Shown here in pieces: positions 1 to 13,159 of a DNA stretch of 64,000 bases. Where the stretch lies: contig JBHGNT010000016.1 of NCBI GenBank assembly GCA_043228905.1, positions 11,408,001 to 11,472,000 of the forward strand, in the 5' to 3' direction. The number at the start of each line of letters is the position of its first letter. Position 1 is the stretch's first letter. Under the pieces are notes generated by a model. It worked only from the letters and a program-made list of their open reading frames with translations, made no database searches and was not told the DNA's origin. Both the position numbers and the translations under genes were made by a program. This DNA comes from Azolla caroliniana (Eukaryota > Plantae > Polypodiophyta).

Positions 1-864
1 TACAACTCTCTCTATATATATACTAATTTATCTCACATATATATATATGACTATGTGTATATTCGTTTGAACTTCTATTCAACCGACTACCATTTGACTG
101 AATCCCATTTCGGCTTTTTAGTCAATTTTTGCCAAACGACTCTTGTTTCGGCTTTCCAACCGATTTCGGCAGTTGACTCCCATTTCGCCTTTTTCAGTCG
201 ATTTTGGCCAACCGACTCCTACTTCGGCTTTCTGAACGATTTCCACCAGCCGACTCTCGTTTCGGCTTTTCAACCAATTCCGGCCAACCGACTCTCATTT
301 TGGCTTTTCGACCGACTCCCCCCATAAGGGGGGACAATCTTACATAACACAATTGACTTACCACAAAGCCAAGTCATTTCTTAAAAAGTTGTATTTTTAT
401 CATCATACTTTTTTCATATGTAAATTCTCATACATGAGAGCTTGAATGAGTGACATGGTTATCATGCATCACATGTAATGCATGAGCACCAAATGGCAAA
501 CATGCATCGCATGCATTCATACATTACATGCATTCTATGTATGTCTTGCACCCTCACATGCACCATATGCATGGGGGCACCAATAAAAGAGGGAGGAAAG
601 AAAAGGATCAATCAATCAATTGATCAAGCAAACTATGTACCGAATTAAAAAATAAATCTAGTTATCTTACTAGTGATATATCTTGTTTCTCAAAATTGAA
701 ATCTCCATCACAATCTATCTCATAATTGGAATCTTTGTCTCTCAATCTCTCTGTATCTATCTTAAATACTTTCTCGCTAAAGCTAGTACAACCTTCGAAT
801 CCTTCTGGTCCAGGACCCTGGTGGTCCCGCTTCATTTCGTGAACACACGAGGATTTCCTCGACA
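1..864 (+). mobile_element. 3' part of an LTR related to the tRNA-Trp-primed family (start lies outside the window)
   Basis: The end ctggtccaggaccctggtggtccc...cgaca resembles the end ctagtccaaaaccccagtggttccc...cgaca at 11508. It abuts copia RNase H sequence at gcgt. Confidence 0.55.
83..322 (+). repeat. Degenerate ~38-bp tandem repeat, about 6 copies
   Basis: Recurring ccgactcccatttcggcttt...ggccaa unit. Confidence 0.75.
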
Positions 865-1588
865 GCGTGAGGGCATTCTCAATGGTGAAGTTGAACTACA
901 GTACGTTCCGACCAATCGGTAGGTGGCCGACATCTTCACCACCACTCTTGGACTCAACATGTTGCGACAATTCTTGGGCATGCTTGGGTTACAACAACTC
1001 GATGTGCCGAACTTGAGGGGCGGAGTTGAGGGGGAGACAGTTGAAAGAGCTGATAAAGCGGATGGGAGTAGCGCCACGGACAAGAGGGATCTAGCCGAAG
1101 CCAAGGGGAGAGTTGAAGTAGAAGATGAGTAGGAGACAACCGATTCAGATAAAGGTTATGATTTGGATGAGCCAAATTAGGACGACACCGAATGGGCGAG
1201 TAGGCAGTCGAAGCCAATATCAAAGTGGGAGAACTGATGGATCGTGGGGCGTCAAAGTCGTAGAGGTAAGAAGTGTTGAATATGGAATCAACCACAACCG
1301 ATTCTCACTCACAAATAAAATGAAAGAACAGAAAATGAATACACAAAACAAGAAAACATAAGGTACAGAGACGCAAGTATTTAACGTGTAAAGCCTGAAA
1401 TGAGAAAAACCACAAGAACCCACAGACTCCAAACAGAATCACTATATATATGGAGAGGAATAAAAGGAGACTCAGAGGCAACAACCTCAAGCTCGTCTTT
1501 GTCTAATAGATGGCGGCGGCGTTACAACTGTCACTTTGCCTCTCTCTTACTCTCTTAGTTACAGTGGCAACAACCAACAGTAATTATA

Positions 1589-4500
1589 TGTAAAGAATCA
1601 AGAGATGGATTTTGTGCAATGGAATAGATATGAATTGTGTGTGTGTATGAGAGAGTGAGAGAGACACGGAGTAAGACACAGAGAATACGCAAGGTAAAGT
1701 ATATTAACAAAGGAGAAAGACTGAACATTATACAAGGTGGGAGGAGGGTGCTTTATATAGTCACCCTCTCTCTTCATTAACTACAAGACTCATGGAGCAT
1801 GGGGAATGTGAAAGCTCATAAGTTATGTGTCATAGAATATGATGCTATGACTCATACTAAATGCTAGAATACAAAGTGGTGACATAATGGTGACTCTTGA
1901 CTGTTGGAGTGTCTATTCACTCTCAAGGTGAGTTCACACACTAGACCAAGTTGAGCTTGATTCTCAACACGCCCCCTCAAGCTCAAGTCGGGTCGGTTTC
2001 AGACGGTATCCGAAATCCGCTTCGACTCACGTTCCGGAGTCCGCGTCGACTCGCATTTATGCGGAGTTGCGGAATCCGTGCTCCAGCTTGCGTTGTGCGT
2101 AGTTGCGAAGTCTGTGCTTCGGCTTGCGTCTTTCTTCGCGGCTTTGCGTGGTAGATCGGCTCTTCGCGGCTTCGTTGCGCGGTTGTAGAATCCACTCATT
2201 ATTGCATAGTGTCTTCAGTACTCCCCCTCAAGCTTGGCAGGTCAGGGTTCGTCAATCCGAGATCGGTCATGAATTGCCATAGCTTGTTGGCTCCTAAGGC
2301 TTTAGTGAAGATGTCGGCCGTTTGAAGATTTGTGCTAATGTGTTGTAGGTCGAGATCACCAGCTAGAACGCGCTCTCGGATGAAGTGATAGTGCACTTCG
2401 ATGTGCTTTGTCCACACATGGAACACCGGGTTCCGAGCAAGATATATACTACTCATGTTGTCGCAGTAAAGGGAAGTCGGATCATTGATGGGTACACCCA
2501 GATCCTTGAGTATCCTTTTGAGCCATACGGCTTCACATGCGGCCACTGTCGCGCCCCTGTATTCCGCCTCTATGCTTGAAAGAGCGACGGTTGGTTGCTT
2601 TTTGCTACTCCAGGATATTGCTCCACTGCCAAGGGAAAAAACAAATCTGGAGGTTGATCTTCTATCGGCTTTGTAGCCGGCCCAATCGGCATCTGTGTAC
2701 CCCTCGAGTCGTATTGGCATCGCGGTCTTGTAGAGGATGCCGCAATCCATTGTGCCGCTCACGTATCGTAGAACTCGCTTAGTGCAATCCAAGTGAGTAT
2801 CATGCAGTGTTTGCATGAATTGACTAAGGAGACCGACCAAATAACTGAGATCGGGTCGAGTGATCGTGAGGTAGATGAGACTCCCGATGAGTTGCCGATA
2901 CTAAGTCAACTCACACGCTTTGGTGCCGGAGTTCGCATCTAGTTTGAGATTGCGATCGAGCGGGGTTGCCGTGGATTTGCACTCAACCATATCGAACTTG
3001 TATAACAAGTTGAGGATGTAGTGTCGTTGAGAGATCATGATTCCGGCCGGAGTCCAAATTACCTCGATGTAGAGGAAGTAGTGGAGGTCCTTCATGTCCA
3101 TCATCTCGAACTTGTCGGAAAGGAGGAATTTGACCTTATTGATTTTGACGAGATGCTCACCTCCAATGACTAGGTCATCCACATATAAGATGATGACGAT
3201 TGGACTTGCGGAATCGCTTCGTATGTAGAGGGAATTGTCCAATTTTGACATACGAAAGCTGATTTGATGAAGATATTGCATTATCTTCGAATGCCAAGCA
3301 CGCAGTGCTTGCTTGAGGCTGTAGAGTGGCTTCTTGAGTCGGCAAACAGCTTTCGGATGGGTGCTTGAGTTGAATCCGGGTGGTTGTATCATGTACACCT
3401 CCTCTTCTAATTCCCCTTGTAGAAAGGCGTTCTTGACGTCCATTTGATGGAGGTGCCACCCTTTCGCCATGGCAAGCACAACTATAGTCCGTACCGTCGT
3501 CATCTTTGCCACCGGGGCAAAGGTCTCTTCGTAGTCAACTCCGTGCATTTGTGCGTGGCCTTTCGCTACGAGTCGCGCTTTGTAGCGGTTGACGAAACCG
3601 TCGGCGTTGTACTTCACTTTGTAAATCCAACTGCATATGATCGCCTTTTTGTGTGGTGAGGTGGGAACGAGATCCCACGTCTCGTTCTTGCGTAGTGCAT
3701 CTCCTCGTTCATGGCTTCGATCCATCGCGGATCCTTGGCTGCTTCGGAAAATGTTTCCGGCTCGCATATTGTCGCCACCTTCATCATAAAGGCATATTGA
3801 TATGCCATGTAGTCGTTGTAGCCGAATCAGCTGACCGGATTCTTTTCACGGGTGGAGCGGCGGAGCTTTTCATTTGCAGAGATGAGGGCTTTCTTAGCTC
3901 CGATTGGTACATCGAAGCCGTCGAACTCACTGTCAAGTGAGTGAGTCGACTCATCGTCATCAAAGCGATCGTCTTCGTATTCCAACATTTTCGCCTTGCC
4001 TTTGTCCATCTTCGGGCTAGGCCGTGATGTGCTTTTATCGCTCGGGGGCTCTTGTGGCCCACTTAGCCTTGTGGTAATCGGGCTATCTTCGAACATGTCT
4101 TCGAGGCGATCTCCACCTTCTCGCTCTTGTTCGGCCGGTTCCACATCGATCGGGGTTGAAGTCAGAATCTTCCCTAGTGCGTACTAGGATGCGGATTCGT
4201 CGAACACGACATCTCGACTTACTCGAACTTTTCGAGTAGATGGGGTTGTAGCATTTGTACCCCTTTTGTTCGAGTGAGTATCCCATGAGGATACATTTCT
4301 CCGATTTTGGATCTAGCTTTTGCCGCTTTTCGTCGGGTATGTGCATGTATGCTATCGTGTCCGGCTTCTTTCCGAAGTATTTTTCGTGCGGAGTGACCTC
4401 GTGCACTCCGGATGTTGTGTACCGGTTCATTAGGTAGACGGCCATATTTGTAGCTTCGGCCCAATATGACTTGGGCATATGCTTCTCATTCATCATGGCC

Positions 4501-7046
4501 CGCGCTACTTCGAGGATGTGCCCATTTTTGCGCTCGGCTACTCCGTTTTGTTGCGGAGTGTGTCGGCAAGTGAATTCTCGCTGAATTCCTTCCTTTCGGA
4601 GATACGTCGTGAAATCATCCGAGAAGTACTCCTTGCCGCCATCCGATCGAAGGCATCGTACATGACGACCAGTGGCTTTTTCGACTTCATTTTTAAACTT
4701 TTGGAAGTATCTGAACACTTCTCTCTTTTGTCGCATCTGATAGAGCCACGTGTGCCTGGAAAAGTTGTCGATGAAGAGCACGTAATATCGGCATCCGCCG
4801 AATGTAGCCGTCTACGCCGGTCCCCATATGTCGGAATGGACTACGTCGAGTAGACCTTTGCTCACGTTCCGCTCTTTCGGGAATGGGTGTCGGTGTTGCT
4901 TGCCGAATTGGCACACTTCGCATACACCTTCAATCTCCTTCTCTTTGAATGTTGAGAGTTCAATGACAAGTCCTTTGGATTTCATTGCTTTGAGTTTGTT
5001 GAGATTGATGTGGCCGATTCGCTTGTGCCATAGCTCTATGTCAGAGTCGGCTTTCATGCTTTTTGCGAACATGGCGGATTTCATCTCATGTGAATTGAGA
5101 ATGAACATCCGGCCCTCTCTTCTTCCGCACGCGATGATTCGGCCCTCTTTTTCAATGAAGCACCCTTCTTGGTCGAATCGTACTTGGATCCCTTGCTCAA
5201 CCATTTGGCCGACCAAGACCAAATTCTTCGTGATGGTGGGAACATGCAAGACATTTTTAATGTATCTTTGCTTATCTCTTTCGCCGAACGGAACATTGCT
5301 GATGTGCCGAATCAGGTGCGTAGTGTCATCTCCGGTTTCGACATAATCGGATCTCTCTGGCTCTCGATGTTCGAGAAACCATTCTTTATGAGATGTCATA
5401 TGGTTTGAGGCTCCGGAGTCAACAAACCGTACATCCTCCGGATTGAGGGCACTAGTTGAGGTAGAGGCCGACATAGAGTTTGCTCTATGTTCCTTCATGA
5501 ACATTCTACCATGGTCGGACTTGTGTGCATACATTCCGCCACGATCTTCGTAGTCAGAGTTGTGCCCGTACATTCCGCTATACTCTTCATAGTCGGAATT
5601 GTGCGCGTAATTCGTGAGTTTTTGAATTGTGGAAGCCAATTCCCGCGTCTTCTTTCGGCACTCTTCTTTGTGGTGGCTGAGCTTTCCGCAATATCCACAT
5701 TCGGTTGCATTTTGATGGCTCGGGCTGGAGTGGAAGCTCCCCTTTCTTGCGAAGGTTCCTCGTTGGATTCCGTTTTGTGGCCGAAATTGGGAGTTGTTGT
5801 CGTAGGTCGAACCTCGTCCGCCTTGTCCTTGGCCGAATCGGCCTCTCGCTCGTCCGCGTCCTCTTCCTCCGTTCAAGTGCGTGTAGAGCATGTGGCCTTC
5901 TGACTCATTGCTCCTTGTACGCACGTCACATGGTTTTCTTCGACCAATAGCATTGATTGGAGCTCGAAGAAGGGGGGAGATTTCCCCCGTGCTAGAATGG
6001 TGGTTCGCATCATGCCAAACCGTGGTGTGAGGCTGCCAAGGCATATTTGCACCATCTCATCATCATCGATATTTATGCTTATCGAGCCGAGCGAGTCACA
6101 AAGCTCCTTGATCTTCAAGGTGTATGTCGTGATGGACATGTCCCTTTGTTGAATGTTGTTCAACTCTTGGCAGAGTTGAAGCCTTCTTATGGTTGTGTTC
6201 GCCACGAAAATCTTTCGTAGATTTTCCCATGCCTCCTTCGGCGTCTTGGTTTCGTGAATGTAGCCGAGCATGTGATCGTGAACACATGTCGCCAAGCAAT
6301 ACATCACACGACTTGTGGCTTGATCCCATGTCTCATATCCGGGAGCCATTTCGACGGGTCGGTCTTCGTGCACTCCTTTGATGTAGCTCCAATAGCCTTG
6401 TTCGACAAGGTATTGGTGCATCTTGTACTTCCAAGATGTGAAGTTGTTTCGATCCAACTTCTCGGTAGGGAGAGCACTCCCCATTTGAGTATTCATTATG
6501 TTGATTCTTCTTCTTCTTCTTCTTCTTCTTCTTCTCTCTTCGAATGCGAGCTATGTAGCGAAGCTACGATAGTGATGAGCCGGTTCTTGGTCGTCGGCAT
6601 AGGACACAACGCACGCAGATGGGCTAGATCGAGCTACCAAGTCGCTCTGATACCATGTAAAGAATCAAGAGATGGATTTTGTGCAGTAGAATAGATATGA
6701 ATTGTGTGTGTGTATGAGAGAGAGTGAGAGAGTGAGAGAGACATAGAGTAAGACACAGAGAATACGCAAGGTAAAGTATATTAACAAAGGAGAAAGATTG
6801 AACATTATACAAGGTGGGAGGAGGGTGCTTTATATAGTCACCCTCTCTCTTCATTAACTACAAGACTCATGGAGCATGGGGAATGTGAAAGCTCATAAGT
6901 TATGTGTCATAGAATATGATTCTATGACTCATACTAAATGCTAGAATACAAAGTGGTGACATAATGGTGACTCTTGACTGTTGGAGTGTCTATTCACTCT
7001 CAAGGTGAGTTCACACACTAGACCAAGTTGAGCTTGATTCTCAACA
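1589..7046 (-). mobile_element. Full-length decayed Ty1/copia LTR retrotransposon (LTRs 6656-7046 and 1589-1969)
   Basis: Near-identical LTRs. TSD ttata/ctata. Met-i PBS tggtatcagagc at 6644-6655, PPT at about 1970-1985. Domain order gag, CCHC, protease (VDSGASNHM), integrase, RT (YVDD), RNase H. Confidence 0.95.
2199..6496 (-). pseudogene. Copia gag-pol polyprotein, disrupted
   Basis: ORF pieces 5873-6496, 4812-6044, 4083-4781, 2901-3767 and 2199-2840 are separated by stops and frameshifts. Confidence 0.92.
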
Positions 7047-7096
7047 CTATACAACAATTATCACCAACGCACATCTAACTACTTGACCTAAGTATA

Positions 7097-7794
7097 TGTT
7101 GGGAGATAGGTCCCTCCGGATGGGAAGGGAGAAGAACAGTGCCGATGAACAAACTCGGCCGAGGCCGAAACCGGATGAGGAGTACCCAGCTACAGAGAGC
7201 TGGATGGTACAGACCCAGTGAGAACCGGATGAGGAGTACCCGGCTACGGAGGACCGGATGGGGCAGACCCGGTGAGAACCGGATGAGGAGTACCCGGCTA
7301 CGGAGAGCCGGATGGTGAAGACCCGGTGAGGAGTGCTCTCCGGATGAAGAGACATAATCGTAAATATGTCTCTAAGAGTCCATCGTGGCTATATTTGTAA
7401 ATAGCCGAAAAGTCATATTAGTATAAATATGACTTAGGGCAAACCTTTGATATAGTTGTTGTCATTCTTGTTGGTGTAAGAGGAGAGAGCGTGTAACAGT
7501 GTATAGAGAGAGAAAGAGGTAGTTGCCTCTGTTGTAACCACCACCTGTGGCGAAGATCGTGAGCACGAGGTCGTTGCCTCCGTGAACTCACTGTTGTACA
7601 TACTAACATAGTGATAGTTTGCAGCCCGTGGGCTGCCGTGGTTTTTTCCCTAGTTTGGGGTTTTCCACGTTAAACATCCTGTGTACATTTTCTTCTCCTT
7701 TGTGTCGTGTGTCTTCCATTTCCCGTTTTCTGTGTATGATTCTAAGCTCGGTTGTGGCCGAGCGTTGCATATAGGGAGTGTGCAGTTCCCGTCA
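7097..7794 (+). mobile_element. Solo LTR, family X, with about 3 copies of a 54-bp repeat
   Basis: tgttgggaga...ttcccgtca with perfect TSD gtata. Homologous to 40172-41698 and 49187-49807. Confidence 0.9.
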
Positions 7795-8709
7795 GTATAT
7801 ATATACTCATATACATAAAAGACTATTTACAAATATAGCCTTAATGGGCACATCGAGGCTATTTACAAATGTAGCCCTGAGTCAGCTTCAACCGAGTTGG
7901 CTAATAATTAGTTGAATCGATTATTAGTCGATTTTCGGCCTCGACCAACTTTACCTATCGACTCTATTCCATTTGGCTCATGATGTTCCCATCCGGAGGA
8001 ACTTGTTTTCCCAACAAGAAGAAGGCAGATGAGGGCCTTGAGAGTAGACAAGCCAACCAGACGGTGTCGTGCCTTTCGGCTCCGGATCGTTTGCGTGAGT
8101 CGGGTGGGAACCACTGGGGTTTTGGACTAGGAGAAAGAAGAATATGAGATGAGGCTAGTAATGGATAGATTATTAGAAAGAGAGATAGAAATTTCGTGAA
8201 TCCCACGAGTGTATTGTAATCGATTAATCAATATTTAGATAAGAATATGTATTTAGATTGAAAGAAAGATATAAGAAACTTGTGAATCCCACAAGTATAG
8301 ATTATATTATTTTCGTGAATCCCACGATTATATTAATTGGTGTTTTAGGAAATATATCCAATTTCCCAAATATTTTTCACACTATTACATTGTGCTCCCC
8401 ATCCTTATGTAGTGATGGGAGAGACTAAGCATAGCTACATACTTTTTTTTTCTAATATGTTCATGCACACTAAATATGCATGTGATGCTTTTCTAATCCT
8501 TGCTTTTATTTGCTAAATATACTAAACTCGTGGGATTCACGAGATTCTTATCTTATAACTCTTTATACCTATTCTTTACTAGCCTTATTTGTATTTTTCT
8601 TTCTCCTAGTCCAAAACCCCAGTGGTTCCCACCCGACTCACGCAAACGATCCGGAGCCGAAGGGCACGACACAGTTGGTGAACCCGACGTGAAGACGGGT
8701 GGCAAGGAG

Positions 8710-10833
8710 ATGGAGAATCAACAAGAGGTGATGAACATGATGATGATGATGTTTGAGCGGATGCAACAAGAACAACGTGCGATGTCGGAGATGAAGGCGG
8801 CAGTAGAGTGGCTTCTGCGACGAAACGGGGAATTCAACGGTAAGGGTGTGTCACGCTATCTACGTGACTACAAGGCGGAGATGATACGATGTGGGATACC
8901 GGAAGGATTGCAAGTGACATCCTTCAATCGGGTAGCCTCGGACGAACTACAAGAGAGAATCCACAAGATACAACAACAAAACTCGACATGGGAGTCCTTT
9001 GAAGAAGCTTTACGGGAGGCATATGACTATGAGAGATGGACGGGACGAGATCGGCGAGAATTCGACGAATGGGTGGCATCGGAGAAGACCCACCGAAGTG
9101 CAACACAAGCATTCCTAGAGTTCGAGCATCGTTTTGCTCGACTCTCGGAGCGGGAACGAAGATTGGTGGGAGAAGATAAAGTCTTAATGTTCGTAAGATC
9201 GATCGATCGGAAAGAAAGGATGGACATTGGGATCGAACTCGAAGATGATGACGGTGCGAACGGTCTTACCGAGGATTGGGCCAAAGTCGAAAGGGTATGC
9301 CGAAGACATGATGAAAGGAAGCTGAGAATCTCGTCAACAACGACATGGCCCATGAAGGATGGTCGATTGAGGAAAAACGATGAAGCCAATATGAAGGCCG
9401 AAATACAACATGATGGTACCACGGGAGAAAGAGTGGAACAAGACACCCACTCGTCTTATGAAAGAACGATGGCGAAGGATAAGGCCGATAATTCAAGTGT
9501 AGAAGGAAATTTCGGGATACAAGTGCCCGAGACATCGGGTCAAAAAGGGGTAAGCATAATAGATGTTTGCATAATTGATGCAGATAAAGAGTGTGAAGCG
9601 GATGTGATTAAGGAGGTAGCCACAAAAGATGACATCGAATCGAAGGTGGCTATGGACGAATCAACAACGGATGGCCATATCGAGACTTCCTCACCACTGA
9701 TTCCAGAGACTCCGGCGGTTGCGTTCGAAAGGCAACGTGAGACCGAAGAGACGGAAGGTGGCGGAGAGAAAACAAAGGTCGAAGTCGATGCATACGACGG
9801 AGAGATAGCCGAGAATATGGCTATGGGTGAAACAATGGAGGATGATAATACCGAGGATTCCTGCCCACTAATCCTAGAGACTTCGGCGGTTGTGTCCGAG
9901 AACCAACGTGAGACCGGAGAGACAGGAGGTGGTGGCAAGAAAGGTAAAGTCGGAAGCCGGTTCGGATGGAAGGTGATCCGGACGGGATTCCGATCCGAAA
10001 GAAAGCCGAACCGGGTAAAAGACGATTCGGCCAAAAGACGAACCGAAAGAAAGCCGAACCGGGTGAAAGGGGATTCAACCGAAAGATGACCCGAAAGAAA
10101 GCCGAACCGGGTGAAAGGGGATTCAACCGAAAGACGACCCGAAAGAAAGCCGAACCGGGCGAATGAGGATTCGGCCGAAAGACGACCCAAAAGAAAGCCG
10201 ACCCGAAAAGGGGTCGACTCGGTCAAAACCGATCGACTGAGTCTGACTTGGCCGAACGCGAATATGGATGGAGGCCGACCTAGCCGAAAGCCGATCGGAC
10301 GAGACCGATCCGGAAAGAAGCTAATCCGACTCAATCGGAGGTTGGACCGGTCGAGGCTGGTGAAAACGAGGAAAAGAAAGCCAACCGAAACCGAAACCGA
10401 TAGATCGAAACCGGGCCGGAAGGAGACTGACTCAATCGAAACCAAACAACTGATTCCGATTCGGCCGAATATGAATCCGATCGGAAGCCGATCAAACCGA
10501 AAGTCGATCGGACGAGAGCGATCCGGAAAAAAGTCAAGGTTGATGAAGACAAGAAAGAGGCCAGTAAAAGACACTACCACGAATGACAAGAGCCAAGAAT
10601 ATGACGAGAGAGAACAAAGAATATGGTGGATCGGATGGCGACAATGGTTCGGGTGGAAAGAATGGGTCTACTCAAAATGGAGAGACAAAGTTGACATAGC
10701 GGGACAAACGGAGGATGAAGGGGAGACAACGAGCATCGGCAACTTCGGCACATACCGGAGGATGTGTGGGTTCGGAGGGGGCGAGTGTCGTAGTGTATTT
10801 CGTACACTACGTGAAAAAGTAAAAATAATATAA
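8710..10833 (+). pseudogene. Gypsy-type Gag-like protein with acidic and K/R-rich repetitive tail, one in-frame stop at 10087-10089
   Basis: FNGKGVSRYLRDY...TWESFEEALREAY resembles retrotransposon capsid. ORFs 8500-10089 and 10111-10833 share a frame. The stop is TGA where the neighbouring repeat has CGA. Confidence 0.7.
9994..10215 (+). repeat. 45-bp in-frame tandem repeat (15 aa RKPNRVKGDSTERRPE-like), about 5 copies
   Basis: Recurring ccgaaagaaagccgaaccggg unit at 45-bp spacing. Confidence 0.85.
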
Positions 10834-13159
10834 CCGATTTAATTACATATAAATAAATAAAATAAGAAAATCAAGATATTCATCACGTGCATAGGGCAAG
10901 ATTCAAACCTTGTACCTCCAAGTAGCCAAACCTCAACTTTACCATTATGCTACCTTATCTTTAGTGTTCTACAAATAGATTTAATAACTATAAGTGCTTT
11001 ATTTGCGCCTACCTTTATTAAAAGGTAAATCATGCATTTTTAGAGTGCGTGAATATTTTATAGAAAAACGCAAGCGACTAAAAAGTGACTCATGCACATC
11101 TAGCATGAATGAGCACTATATTTAGCAAATAAAAGCAAGGATTAGAAAAGCATCACATGCACATTTAGTGTGCATGAACATATTAGAAAAAAGCATGTAG
11201 CTATGCTTAGTCTCTCCCATCACTATATAAGGATGGGGAGCACATTGTAGTTTTTGTTGATTATTTTTCTATAATGATCAATCAATCTAAAATATTCGTG
11301 GGATTCACGAATTTGCTAAAATAATTCTCTCTTACTACCTAAATATTGACTAAATATACTAAACTCGTGGGATTCACGAGATTCTTATCTTATAACTCTT
11401 TATACCTATTCTTTACTAGCCTTATTTGTATTTTTCTTTCTCCTAGTCCAAAACCCCAGTGGTTCCCACCCGACTCACGCAAACGATCCGGAGCCGAAGG
11501 GCACGACAACGGGTCATGGAGCATGGGCCTAATGGCATGCAACTAGGCAAAGCTGGCGTGAAGGATCAACCGGAGCTGACAAGGAACCTCAAATTGAGCT
11601 TGAGGGGGAGTGTTGAGTGACAAGAGGCTTAGGAGGAGGGTCCTCCAAAGCTAGAGATCGAAGTGAAGGAAGAGATGGACTCAAACAAGGTGTTGTGAAA
11701 GGACTCCAAGAAACCAGGCAACATGAAGTTGAGATCAAAGATGCGGTAGATGTAGAAGAGTTCGAGAGATTACCACCAACCAAAGCAGAGCTAGAGAATG
11801 AGAGGAAGGAGATGGTGGACTCAATTATGATGATGGAGCATGAAGAAGCCTTGGAACGAAACCTTGAGATTGATAAAATAAGGCAAGAAACTAAGGAGAA
11901 GAGATACCCCCCAAGGAACCTTGAAACATAAACGAGAGATTGAAAAGGCCAAGATAGAGTCTATGCTCAAGCCCGAGATCAAGTTCGAGAGCGAGGTGGA
12001 GACCAAGGAAGGCAAAGGAGAAACCAAGGTTGATCAAAGGGAAAGGGGAATGGAGCCAAGAGCGCGAGTTTATGAGCTTGATGGGACTCAAGCTCCACGA
12101 GACGGGGGTGTATGTTGTGTCCCTAAAGAGTCCCAACCGGTCCCAAGATGAGTCGTGAAGGAGCCAAGGTACCCCAAAACGAGTTGGCACAAAACTACAA
12201 AGTACCAATTGGAGTTGGCACAAAGCATAACCCAAGCAGGGTTTGGGTTGGGATAGTCCCACACAACCACCAGGCCCAAAGTGAGTTGGGACCCAAAAAG
12301 GGACCTAGTCCTAATCCCAATCATGATCCTAGTCCCAGTGCTAGATCCACCATCGGTTGGGACAACCCTGTCCCACTTGGGACTGCTCCATGACTAGCTC
12401 AAGGGCATGCCTCAACGACCATTCTTGGCCCAACGTTAGGAGAACTCAACAACCACCTCTTGGCATAATGGCTCGAGAAGCCCAAGAGTCACCTCTTGGC
12501 ATAACAACTAGAACAACCATCCTTAGACTATATATGGAGGAGCTTCTCCTCAATTTGGTTCATTCCTTGATTCGAAACTTACACACTATCTCATTTCACT
12601 CTCTCCTTAATCTTAGCTAGCTCTAAGGAGCTTGTAATAAAACCTTATTGGAATCGTGATTAAGCATTAATGATAATTAATCTTAGTTTTGTCTTGATAT
12701 TGTGAAATGATAAGAGATCAAACCCAGCCTAGTTAGCTTCTTACTTCTTACGCAATTTATAGTTGATACAAAGGTACCCATTTGGGTTGGCTTAGCTAAA
12801 AAGGGCGTGCTAAAAGGGTGGGTCGGCTTAGGTACATGCATCCTAAAAAGGGTGTGCTAAAAGGGTGGCACAAAGGAACACATGCACACCACAATATCTC
12901 TTCTCCCCACTGTGTTTTGGGTCATTTCGAGACCTGCATGTTTTAGGTTGATAAGAAGCACGACTCTTTCACCACGCCACTTTATTATTTGGTGTCAAAT
13001 ATGTACATATGTACATGGATCCGTGACTGACATAACATAGCATAGCATAGCATGCATACATACATACATACATACATATATATATATAGATAGATACATA
13101 CATACATACTGAGCGACATCATCGATCGCATCACGTTCATCAGGACGACGCCAACGACG

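Larger units (their letters stand above)
1274..8016 (-). mobile_element. Diverged solo LTR (family X relative) split by two nested insertions
   Basis: TG...CA ends with a perfect 5-bp TSD agaag. The terminus ccatccggaggaacttgttttcccaaca resembles the family X terminus. Confidence 0.75.
8065..11508 (+). mobile_element. Non-autonomous gag-only LTR element with tRNA-Trp PBS and rearranged 5' LTR (3' LTR 10786-11508)
   Basis: 4-bp TSD acgg. PBS tggtgaacccgacgtga follows the LTR end at 8671. PPT ggagggggcgag precedes 10786. 8521-8671 is identical to the end of the 3' LTR. No pol motifs seen. Confidence 0.88.
865..12770 (+). mobile_element. Old Ty1/copia 3' remnant hosting nested insertions: RNase H end 865-1273, pieces at 8017-8064 and 11509-11610, 3' LTR from 11611 (end approximate)
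   Basis: REGILNGEVELQYVPTNR*VADIFT...LRG. PPT ttgagcttgagggggag is followed by tgttgag at 11611. The pieces are joined across TSD-bounded inserts. Confidence 0.6.

Noticed and set aside
9540-10589. 349-aa antisense ORF
   Set aside because: Shadow of the repetitive sense ORF. The same applies to 51934-52830 and 26946-27524.
8065-11508. DIRS-like or DNA transposon reading of the inverted termini
   Set aside because: It has a PBS, a PPT, a TG..CA LTR and a matching solo LTR, and no tyrosine recombinase or transposase.
11617-12620. Short ORFs as a host gene
   Set aside because: They follow a PPT-TG junction, lie in probable LTR sequence and have no recognisable domain.
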